Below, one piece after another: positions 9,646 through 17,607 of a stretch of 64,000 bases of DNA; positions within the stretch are counted from its first letter, which is position 1; every line of letters begins with the position of its first letter. Location of the stretch: the IMG/VR virus record IMGVR_UViG_3300013233_000093, positions 158,907 to 222,906 of that record; one strand, 5' to 3'. A model generated the notes under the pieces. The model was not told where the DNA came from. It made no database searches and worked only from the letters and a program-made list of their open reading frames with translations. Both the position numbers and the translations under genes were made by a program.

Positions 9646-9881
9646 TTGTAAAGCCATTTATACAACACCGCTTTGAAGTCACTGTCTAATAGTAACGAAT
9701 CGTGATGCTTGCCCTTTAATGGCGCAGACAGTCCGTTATAATCAAGACCGCGCAGCCATCGTTCTCGTATCGTAGCTATGCTCAACACGCCATACGATTC
9801 CAGGTGTATCTGGTTAGGCGTGGTGTATTTACCATCATTGTCTTTTATCTTGCTGTGTATGCTAAACGAAGTGCGTCTCAT
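9636..9881 (-). CDS. Small basic protein, possibly a DNA-binding remnant of an HNH endonuclease
   Basis: LSIATIRERWLRG resembles HNH-associated C-terminal domains; AGGA RBS. Confidence 0.5.
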   Translation of the reverse strand: MRRTSFSIHSKIKDNDGKYTTPNQIHLESYGVLSIATIRERWLRGLDYNGLSAPLKGKHHDSLLLDSDFKAVLYKWLYNKK

Positions 9882-9924
9882 AATAAGTCCTATTGTAAGT
9901 CACACAATAACATTCTCAATGATT

Positions 9925-9950
9925 AATCAAGACTATATTACTACTATGAT
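9925..9950 (+). promoter_or_regulatory. Early promoter variant
   Basis: AATCAAGACTATATTACTACTATGAT. Confidence 0.7.
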
Positions 9951-9990
9951 AACACTTTTGTTATTGTTACGGATAAAGGTTTGAAGTAAT

Positions 9991-10416
9991 ATGCTGAACT
10001 CAGACGACATTACCGCCTTGATGTTAGAGGTCATTACACATCTTGGTATTCGCCAGGATGAATTGTGGGTTGGTGCGGGGAGCGCCATGTGTCTAGCAGA
10101 CTCAAGTCTGCGAAAGGAAACTGCAGACGTGGACACGGGTTGTTTGCCTGAACTGTACGATCGTATCGCCAAGTCTTCCCTGGTGACCGATAGTCACATT
10201 GACAAGCGGTATAGCGAGTATCCCATCGTAACGTTACTGGATTACGTCGACGTGCATCGCGAGGAAGAAAAGCCTGACGACTTGGTATCTACTGGGAGCG
10301 TTACATACGCTTCTATGGAAAGCGTGCTGGAGTTTAAACGCGGGTTAAACCGTTCAAAAGACCAGCGCGACATTCGCGCGTTGGAAGTCTACATTGCATT
10401 GAAAGGAAGGATTTAA
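9991..10416 (+). CDS. Minimal nucleotidyltransferase (Pol-beta superfamily)
   Basis: GAGSAM...RKETADVD, later VDV, C-terminal K..LNRSKDQRD. Confidence 0.7.
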   Translation: MLNSDDITALMLEVITHLGIRQDELWVGAGSAMCLADSSLRKETADVDTGCLPELYDRIAKSSLVTDSHIDKRYSEYPIVTLLDYVDVHREEEKPDDLVSTGSVTYASMESVLEFKRGLNRSKDQRDIRALEVYIALKGRI

Positions 10417-10505
10417 AGGACCGGCGCCGATTAATCCTTAGTATCGCGGCGATATTATACAGTGATGCAACCGTATCACTGTAACAACCAAAGAGAGTAA
10501 CTATT

Positions 10506-11504
10506 ATGAACATCAGTATGATGGACAACGTGTTGGCACTTAAGATGTTTGATGAATGTGAGTTCATCGTGCATCTGGAATCCGATGAGGATAACAATCC
10601 CACAAGCATTGGCTTTAGCTACTACGGGGAAAACATTTTAATCAATGCGTATAAGAAACAGTTGAACATGACGGAGTCGTGTATCGAATGGCGGTATGAC
10701 AGCAAGTACGACTTTGAATCGGTGACACGCACCACCAAAGGATTATTCGATCTAATCCACATCACCAAGGAAGCACACGCTTTATTTTTGAAGCTTGTGT
10801 CTCAACAGCTTGTGGTATTACGTACCATTACACCCTTGCTGAAGAACGTCACTAGCCTGGTAAAGAATAATGTCGGGAGCGGTGACAATAAGGTCGGTGA
10901 TGTACTGGCGCTAGCCGCGCTCATTGCTTTGGAGGCCTCTGAAGAAGATCTGTTAGCAATCGATCACAACCCGTCCACTGTAAAGGATACAGTGACCATG
11001 GGACGGGTTATCACCGCATCAGGTAATAACCGCGATATGCTGACTCGCTGTGTGGGCAAGCCGTGGTTGTTTGACACTACCACGTTTGATGCCGCATGCA
11101 TGACAACCACGCACACGGACAGAGGCATCGCAGTGTCTCTGATCGAAAGCAGTCCTGGTGAGATGTCTGCACACATTCTTTCGTACGACAAGATTGACGA
11201 CAGCGTTATCTTGACGCGAGAGTTTGAGTCGGCACTGTTGAAGGCGGGTGGTGTGGACACACGTCTCACTGCGGTATCTGTGTTAATCTACGCCATGTCA
11301 AAAGTGGGCATGGATACTGTAACATACGAGATGTATGTAGACGAAGTAAATCGAATGGTGTCGATTGCAGCGTGTACAGAAGACTTCATTCCTCTGTACG
11401 ACGACATCGAATCGCTGGAAGGCATTAACAAGGAGTCGTTCCGGTTAAACCACGAGCTGTATCCCTTGGCACTACACGATGTTAAGATGGCGGTATTGGG
11501 TTAA
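10506..11504 (+). CDS. Hypothetical protein
   Basis: 332-aa ORF with AACCAAAGAGA leader. Confidence 0.8.
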   Translation: MNISMMDNVLALKMFDECEFIVHLESDEDNNPTSIGFSYYGENILINAYKKQLNMTESCIEWRYDSKYDFESVTRTTKGLFDLIHITKEAHALFLKLVSQQLVVLRTITPLLKNVTSLVKNNVGSGDNKVGDVLALAALIALEASEEDLLAIDHNPSTVKDTVTMGRVITASGNNRDMLTRCVGKPWLFDTTTFDAACMTTTHTDRGIAVSLIESSPGEMSAHILSYDKIDDSVILTREFESALLKAGGVDTRLTAVSVLIYAMSKVGMDTVTYEMYVDEVNRMVSIAACTEDFIPLYDDIESLEGINKESFRLNHELYPLALHDVKMAVLG

Positions 11505-11539
11505 ACTTGTTTTACCAACAAACATAAGAGGTAACATTT

Positions 11540-12226
11540 GTGAAGAAGACAAAGCTCGCGCTAGAGTCATGGCATCCCACCGCTATGCGTCGTCGGTCGG
11601 TCGTAGCGAACGTAGGGGAGGGCTATCCTGTCCCAGGCATACTGGGTGTGCTAGGCCTGTACATCCAATCGTTTTGTGATGCGCAGGGTGTTTCCATTCG
11701 ATCGTTCACCACACGGGTGGGCATCGCGCCGCCAAGGATGTGTAAGATCTTGGAAGGCAAAGTGGTGGTAAGCCGTACACACTTGGGACTTATCCATGAC
11801 TACATGCGATCCAGGGCAGGGGATGACTTTGACCAGCGTGACTGGAGAAAGATGGTCGCGGTGATAACGGGCAAGGAGGAACATCCGGTAGGCAAGTTGG
11901 TACGCAGTCTATTAGCGCCCACCGAGGCCGACATGCGGAAGCTCGCGAGCTATATGATGATTACCACAGGTTATCTGCATCGCATATGCGCTGGATCAGA
12001 GGCGTTGAATTACAGCAACTCGGTGAAGATCCGTCGCTATGCGAAATCGATAGGTGTGGATAGCGCAGAGTTAACAGAGGTGTTGCAGGTTAACACCTCT
12101 CAGTTATCAGCCAGCTCCATGGAAGACCGGTTTAAAGCCCTGTCTTCTGATCAACAAGCCACGATCGTTAAGATCATGGCTTGTATGGAGGTGGATAACG
12201 ATGCCCCAGTACACAAACGTACGTAA
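11540..12226 (+). CDS. Double XRE-HTH protein
   Basis: QGVSIRSFTTRVGIAPPRMCKILEG and MRKLASYMMITTGYLHRICAG. Confidence 0.65.
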   Translation: MKKTKLALESWHPTAMRRRSVVANVGEGYPVPGILGVLGLYIQSFCDAQGVSIRSFTTRVGIAPPRMCKILEGKVVVSRTHLGLIHDYMRSRAGDDFDQRDWRKMVAVITGKEEHPVGKLVRSLLAPTEADMRKLASYMMITTGYLHRICAGSEALNYSNSVKIRRYAKSIGVDSAELTEVLQVNTSQLSASSMEDRFKALSSDQQATIVKIMACMEVDNDAPVHKRT

Positions 12227-12479
12227 GCCGTTTAGGGACTTCGCTATTGACAACTGCAGCATCATCATCATCGTCGACGGTGTACGGTGTAACATCGGAT
12301 ACCAGGAGATGACAATGACCACGTTAAACGCCAACGTGACTCATGCGTACAAGGTAACTGATGGATATGTGGACATATGCTTGTTTACGCTTACACACCG
12401 TACGAGGATTGTATCACAGCGTAATGCAGATCGGTATTACGTAACCCACTCACTCATTTCGGAACAGGAAAGATCCTAA
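12201..12479 (+). CDS. Hypothetical protein
   Basis: GGAGG RBS, operon continuity. Confidence 0.65.
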   Translation: MPQYTNVRKPFRDFAIDNCSIIIIVDGVRCNIGYQEMTMTTLNANVTHAYKVTDGYVDICLFTLTHRTRIVSQRNADRYYVTHSLISEQERS

Positions 12480-13270
12480 TGAATACAAAAGGTTTTATCA
12501 CTTGCAATGCCCACTCCATGTGGTCTGAAAACGACATACGCGGTGCCTTAGAGCCGTATCTAAATGTGGCAGTAACGCATACGAATGCTCTGCGGTCTAC
12601 CGTCATGCTGTGTGTGTTTCGCACAGACGGCACTATCCTAGCACGACAGTCGTTGAGTACCGGCACTGTATCCTACACACCAGAGTCAAAAATCTGGTCT
12701 AAGTACATGCTGGACACGTCTACCGACGTAATGGCAGTGACCAGTTCTGTACGGAGTCTACGTGCGTTACTGAAACCGGTTAGTCCTGATGGGTTAAACA
12801 GCTTGGCGTTTTTAAAGATCAGTACCTTTCGCATGAGGGGCAGTGTATCTGAACGTGCGTTAAGTCAGTTGCAATCCATCGTCATTAATGGTGATGGTGA
12901 TGGTGGCAATCCGGATTGCGGTAAGTTGACGACGGACGTGGATAGCAGTGGCGCCATGACTGTTACGTCAAGTTCTGCTCAAGCTGGGTTTGAAACGCCC
13001 GGGCGTACGCGAAAGGGAGAATACATAATCGTCTCTTCGTCGGACAGTCACGTCATCACCGCTTCTAACATTGTCAATGCTAAGCACAAGTGTAGCTTAC
13101 ACATGACAGTCGTGTCAAACGGCAAATGTCCTACCGGTACGTGGACGTATGGCATTGGTACGTACCGAGCTGATTTATCAACTCCGTGCGGATTTGATGA
13201 GATAGTCTCTCAAGTAACTCCGATAGCAGGACAGCTCTCTAATTGGGCAGATCGCTATCTAGGAAAATAA
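12479..13270 (+). CDS. Hypothetical beta-rich protein, probable paralog of 16727
   Basis: SENDIRGALEPYL vs SEGDVSVALSPSL; VFRTDG vs VFTRDG; similar length. Confidence 0.65.
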   Translation: MNTKGFITCNAHSMWSENDIRGALEPYLNVAVTHTNALRSTVMLCVFRTDGTILARQSLSTGTVSYTPESKIWSKYMLDTSTDVMAVTSSVRSLRALLKPVSPDGLNSLAFLKISTFRMRGSVSERALSQLQSIVINGDGDGGNPDCGKLTTDVDSSGAMTVTSSSAQAGFETPGRTRKGEYIIVSSSDSHVITASNIVNAKHKCSLHMTVVSNGKCPTGTWTYGIGTYRADLSTPCGFDEIVSQVTPIAGQLSNWADRYLGK

Positions 13271-13271
13271 T

Positions 13272-13302
13272 AACCCTTCAACCCTTCAACCCTTCAACCT
13301 TC
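13272..13302 (+). repeat. AACCCTTC tandem repeat (3 copies plus a partial)
   Basis: Read directly, just upstream of an AGGAG RBS. Confidence 0.9.
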
Positions 13303-13317
13303 TCTAGGAGAGAAACA

Positions 13318-13464
13318 ATGTTTAACTGTTTAACTGAGTATCGCGTAGCGTCATCCCGTATTGCATTGGGCTTCTTTGTATTTGGCGTGGCAAGCGTCGT
13401 GTATAAATACCGTTATCCCGTGGCAATCATTGCGGCATACGCCGCGTTATACCAGTTGGTTTAA
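13318..13464 (+). CDS. Small membrane protein (48 aa)
   Basis: AGGAG RBS, two hydrophobic segments; hairpin 13476-13500 follows. Confidence 0.65.
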   Translation: MFNCLTEYRVASSRIALGFFVFGVASVVYKYRYPVAIIAAYAALYQLV

Positions 13465-13520
13465 CAACCCCTTTAGCAGTCGGCGTTTTACGCCGACTGC
13501 CTTTATACAGGATTATCAAA

Positions 13521-13703
13521 ATGAGATTACACATATTGCTGCTTATCGCGCTGGCAGTCGCCACGGGCATTTGGATAAACGCGCTTTTGGCCAGTCACAG
13601 CGTATCCATAAGCGGGTACCAAGATCCACACAAAGACTTCAAGCCGGGTCTATGTCAGGCATGTCACCCACTGCCACCACGGTACCCTGGACGCGTAACA
13701 TGA
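13521..13703 (+). CDS. Membrane-anchored or secreted peptide with CxxCH heme-c motif
   Basis: Hydrophobic residues 1-24, then DPHKDFKPGLCQACH; AGGA RBS; stop overlaps next ATG. Confidence 0.7.
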   Translation: MRLHILLLIALAVATGIWINALLASHSVSISGYQDPHKDFKPGLCQACHPLPPRYPGRVT

Positions 13704-14179
13704 TTATGACACCGGATGCACACAGTGTACGAGAATCACACGGAGCTGATGTAATAGCAATCATTGGAATGGCGGGGTTTGTGGTGTTCGACATCACATG
13801 GATACAGTCGCATCTAACCGCTATGATGGTGCCCGTGGTTGTGCTCGCGTCGCTGATCGCAGCGGCATTGATTAACAAAGCTTCCTCTCATATACTTATG
13901 GATGGGTTAATCCGTGGCAATGAGCAAAGAGCTTACTGGGCAGTAGCACGATCTGTGTCACACGATCACGGACTGCTTGCCACCTTATACGCCGCAGTGG
14001 GTTTGGTCGTGGGCTGTAACATTTACTTCTACTCCATAGACGCGACGTTTATGTCTGACGTGTTTATAGGGACGTGTGTGTATGCGAGTATCATGCACGG
14101 CAGGTACGCAGCTGTGCGATCGGTACAGCCTTACTTTATCGTTAGCACGGAACAGGAGCAGTCATGCGATACACTATGA
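13700..14179 (+). CDS. Four-TM membrane protein 1
   Basis: Start 13700 (ATGA overlap), 159 aa, two TM hairpins. Confidence 0.75.
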   Translation: MIMTPDAHSVRESHGADVIAIIGMAGFVVFDITWIQSHLTAMMVPVVVLASLIAAALINKASSHILMDGLIRGNEQRAYWAVARSVSHDHGLLATLYAAVGLVVGCNIYFYSIDATFMSDVFIGTCVYASIMHGRYAAVRSVQPYFIVSTEQEQSCDTL

Positions 14180-14604
14180 AGCGGCAAGATTTGGAGTATG
14201 CTAAAAAGGACGTGGTGATGGCAGGTGTATACAACGCATCCGGCATTACGGCATTTACCCTGGTGGACATATTGATGCACGCGGGCGGGTATACGTACCA
14301 CTTGATGGCGATCGCGGCATTGGTGATACTTACCATGGTTATCGTAGATTATTATGCCAGTCAGTTACATGACCTTGTGTCTGTCGACGATATCGCCACC
14401 TTCGATACCGACATCCTTGTGCATTACGTTAAGTTTGTCATTTATGCGTGCACTGCTATAAGCGGTTTCTGCTTCTTATGGCTTACGTTACAACCAAACC
14501 ATTTTGCGCCGCCGCTGGTGGCGATCGTTTACTTTACACACATGCGTCTATTCTGGATGGTGTGGTTTGTAAAAATAAAAAAGGAGTCTTCTGATGAATC
14601 TTAA
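14164..14604 (+). CDS. Four-TM membrane protein 2
   Basis: Same architecture; alternative start 14176. Confidence 0.75.
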   Translation: MRYTMKRQDLEYAKKDVVMAGVYNASGITAFTLVDILMHAGGYTYHLMAIAALVILTMVIVDYYASQLHDLVSVDDIATFDTDILVHYVKFVIYACTAISGFCFLWLTLQPNHFAPPLVAIVYFTHMRLFWMVWFVKIKKESSDES

Positions 14605-14628
14605 AGAGCTTAAAGAGGATTGTGCACT

Positions 14629-15048
14629 ATGTACACCGACGAAAGCTTAGAAGATAGGGCTGCGTTTCTACACAACTTTACACAGGCGTATGTAATGGGA
14701 ATGGCTATTTATACGACATTTTATTACATCATATCAGGATCTGCAATGGCATTGCTCCCGCTTGCTTGCTTAACTGCACCAAGCTTTGTCGTAATATGGT
14801 GGAAGGCGGAGGTGCGGCGACAGCCGCTTATTACGGATGGGTATAAAAAACGTGTGAGTATTGCAAGAAGTATATTCGACATTAGCTTACATTGCGTGTT
14901 AGCGTACTACGCGATCGCAGCGGTGCGTGCAGGATTTACGCCAGAGTCGTTTACGCACGTGGTTATAATGGCGTTAACTTACACTGTGGCTGCAGGGGCG
15001 TCTGAGATATCGCTGCCGGGCGACGACTTGACGTCTACGCCGAAATAA
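14629..15048 (+). CDS. Four-TM membrane protein 3
   Basis: GAGG RBS, same architecture. Confidence 0.75.
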   Translation: MYTDESLEDRAAFLHNFTQAYVMGMAIYTTFYYIISGSAMALLPLACLTAPSFVVIWWKAEVRRQPLITDGYKKRVSIARSIFDISLHCVLAYYAIAAVRAGFTPESFTHVVIMALTYTVAAGASEISLPGDDLTSTPK

Positions 15049-15107
15049 AGGTTTGCGGTAACTAAGCAAGTAATGTCACATGCTTATCATTAATGAGGAA
15101 TGGTGTT

Positions 15108-15533
15108 ATGAGTAAAACAGATCCATTACGAGGCTATACCGGACTTGGGTTTCAGGACGTTATTTGGTTCGCGTATACCGTGTACACGGTAAATACAATG
15201 ACGACTGATATACCCATAATAATGTCGTGGGCGTTTGCCACTGCATTAACTGGATGGGTTTTTGGCTTGCACTACAGCACAGCTGCATACACGAGTCGGA
15301 TTAACCTTCACGCCGCGCGTCAGGCAACGGATAGGAATATGGCGATGACTGTAAAGGCGTGCGTCATAACACACGCCATATTTTTACTGTCTGCATTGGC
15401 GACCTCCGTACTCGTTATCGGATACGCAGACGACATTAACAAAATGCATATCGGTTACCTAATCGTATCAGGTATTTACATGCTACTTAACGCACTCTTT
15501 GCCGTGCTAATCATGGGGGACGTTAAGCGATGA
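15108..15533 (+). CDS. Four-TM membrane protein 4
   Basis: GAGG RBS, same architecture. Confidence 0.75.
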   Translation: MSKTDPLRGYTGLGFQDVIWFAYTVYTVNTMTTDIPIIMSWAFATALTGWVFGLHYSTAAYTSRINLHAARQATDRNMAMTVKACVITHAIFLLSALATSVLVIGYADDINKMHIGYLIVSGIYMLLNALFAVLIMGDVKR

Positions 15534-15961
15534 ATAAACCATTTGCGGTGATTGCCAAGTTCGTGTTTATTTGGATGATCTTGACGTGGTTTACCCATGA
15601 GACTGTCGTGCCCATAGTAAAGGCGGGTTTAGAAGTGAGTGGGGATCAGCTGCTCGTGTTTGGATTTATGTTAGTCTACATGACCATAGCGTATATTCTA
15701 ACACACCGCTGCAGCACACTCGTCTATTTAATGGAAGACCGTCCGTGTGTTGATGTACGTAAATCCTTGATTAGAACTATGTCAGTGGATGTGATTGTAC
15801 AAGTGTTGTTTATAGTAACTGCGTGGTACCTGCTTCCGTCTACACCTGTAGAAGTATTGTTACTTACTTGTGGTCTACTTATCGTGTACGTATCAGTGCT
15901 TTACATTAACATACGCCGCATGGACAAAGCTAGGGTGTCGTTGCAAGGAGACGTCAAATAA
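15530..15961 (+). CDS. Four-TM membrane protein 5
   Basis: ATGA overlap, same architecture. Confidence 0.75.
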   Translation: MNKPFAVIAKFVFIWMILTWFTHETVVPIVKAGLEVSGDQLLVFGFMLVYMTIAYILTHRCSTLVYLMEDRPCVDVRKSLIRTMSVDVIVQVLFIVTAWYLLPSTPVEVLLLTCGLLIVYVSVLYINIRRMDKARVSLQGDVK

Positions 15962-15962
15962 A

Positions 15963-16439
15963 ATGGATACACCAGGTATGGTGGTGATAGAATGTGAGTC
16001 AGTGGTGCTGGATGCTATGACAGGACTGTCATTTGGCATAATGTGCATGGCAATGGCTAACTACCTATTCGTGGGTAGCTGGCACCTGACGTTCCTTTTA
16101 GTAGTCGGGGTACTGATAAGTAATTACCGGCTACGTGGCGTCTTATCTCGATACCGTTGTTTGTTACAGCAAGATTATACATCAAGCATGGACTACATGA
16201 CAAGCAACGTTGTGTCATCCACCTCTTCAATTGCACTGCTGTTCATACTGTTTAGCGTGGCCACTGCGTACACAGCAGTGCATACAGTCATGTGGCCTGC
16301 GTTACTCATTACTTATATAGTGACTGCATTACTATACTGGAAGGTCAACAACGCACTGAGTTATTACACACTCTCGGTGAATCACCACAGATCCCAGTTT
16401 ATACGTAATACAGTCACGGGTAGGTACGAACGTGTGTAA
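15963..16439 (+). CDS. Four-TM membrane protein 6
   Basis: Start MDTPG after AGGAG, same architecture. Confidence 0.75.
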   Translation: MDTPGMVVIECESVVLDAMTGLSFGIMCMAMANYLFVGSWHLTFLLVVGVLISNYRLRGVLSRYRCLLQQDYTSSMDYMTSNVVSSTSSIALLFILFSVATAYTAVHTVMWPALLITYIVTALLYWKVNNALSYYTLSVNHHRSQFIRNTVTGRYERV

Positions 16440-16456
16440 TTTGCGTTCGTCTGTAT

Positions 16457-16480
16457 GATAACGCTATATTACCTTAGTGA
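16457..16480 (+). promoter_or_regulatory. Early promoter variant
   Basis: CTATATTACCTTAGTGA, like 23563 CTATATTACTTTAGTGA. Confidence 0.6.
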
Positions 16481-16541
16481 GGCATGCGACCTTGCATGTT
16501 GTAACCATAGGTGCCATAACCTACAAAGATAGGTATGGTAA

Positions 16542-16724
16542 GTGAAGAGTATGAAATTAGATGTAGAGTCTCTACTGATCGCCGTTGTGGCGGTCGTTGT
16601 TCTTGTCGGGTGTTTTGCACCTGACGCTTCCACAGGTCGTACTTATAAAGAGTACGGCCCTTCTGAAACAGAAGCGGCGCAGTTGCGTCGCGATTATGGG
16701 CCTGCGAGGCCCAAAGGATATTAA
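16542..16724 (+). CDS. Small predicted lipoprotein
   Basis: Hydrophobic leader ending in LVGC lipobox. Confidence 0.65.
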   Translation: MKSMKLDVESLLIAVVAVVVLVGCFAPDASTGRTYKEYGPSETEAAQLRRDYGPARPKGY

Positions 16725-16726
16725 AA

Positions 16727-17536
16727 ATGTTTGTTGCCCGTAACTACAACGCCAAGGCTAGCATTAGCCTTGGCGTATTAACCAGTGAGGGGGATGTGTC
16801 TGTTGCACTGTCCCCCTCACTGAGAGGAGTGGAACACGGCTACGCAGTGATCGCCACTCTGCGGGGAGGTGCCATGAAAGCACTAGCCCCAGCTGGCCGT
16901 GTGCTGGAAGCCTGCACAGGTTTCCAGGTATTTACCAGAGATGGTAAATACCTTGTTCTAGGCACTGCTGTCGGTGACGACAGTGCTTATATCCGTCTCT
17001 TCAACCGCTATGGTAAAAACATAGCGGCCGTGTTCGAGGCGGGAGACGTAGATTCTTTTACGTTCTCCTCCTCATTTCTGGAGTCCATTATTAATGGACT
17101 CTTGGTGGCCTCTGGGAATTTTCCCAGAGAGTCACAGTGGGGGCGCAAGTCCTTCTCTTCCAAGACCAGCGATGGCTTGGATCCATGCATGCCCAAACTG
17201 GGCACCCAGAGCACCCAGGCGGGTACAATGCAGGTAAACGGTGATATGAAGAATATCACCATCGACATCACCACCCGTGAGGGGAAAGTGATGGCGTTGA
17301 AAGCGCTTAAGAAGCACACCCGCACCGCCTACAGTGTGTCCGACGATCTGTCCATGGTAGTATGTGCACAGCAAAACGCTGCGGGAGATCATTTCCGCAG
17401 TAAACTGTCAGTCTACACCTTCGGTGATGGAGAGTATCTCCACACCGCTACGGTGTGGCTGCCCGTCGATCACGACGGGGTTATGGGTCACACAGAAATG
17501 TGTGACCGGGTCGGCCACATGTTAAGAGGAGGCTAA
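16727..17536 (+). CDS. Hypothetical beta-rich protein, probable paralog of 12479
   Basis: AAGGA RBS; blade-like FTRDG and SVSDDL. Confidence 0.7.
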   Translation: MFVARNYNAKASISLGVLTSEGDVSVALSPSLRGVEHGYAVIATLRGGAMKALAPAGRVLEACTGFQVFTRDGKYLVLGTAVGDDSAYIRLFNRYGKNIAAVFEAGDVDSFTFSSSFLESIINGLLVASGNFPRESQWGRKSFSSKTSDGLDPCMPKLGTQSTQAGTMQVNGDMKNITIDITTREGKVMALKALKKHTRTAYSVSDDLSMVVCAQQNAAGDHFRSKLSVYTFGDGEYLHTATVWLPVDHDGVMGHTEMCDRVGHMLRGG

Positions 17537-17554
17537 ATATTGATGTTGGTTAGA

Positions 17555-17607
17555 TAGGTTGACGTTACATACGTCAACCTAGCCTATGTCTTTATTTTTT
17601 ATTTTTT
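17555..17607 (+). terminator. Stem-loop with TATG and T-run
   Basis: TAGGTTGACGT-tacat-ACGTCAACCTA. Confidence 0.7.

Noticed and set aside
13361-13699. Long N-terminal extension of the 13361..14179 ORF
   Set aside because: Crosses a hairpin and two better ORFs with RBSs; ATG 13700 gives the array-typical size
14594-14650. Programmed frameshift from MNLKELKED into 4-TM protein 3
   Set aside because: No clear slippery site and ATG 14629 has its own GAGG RBS
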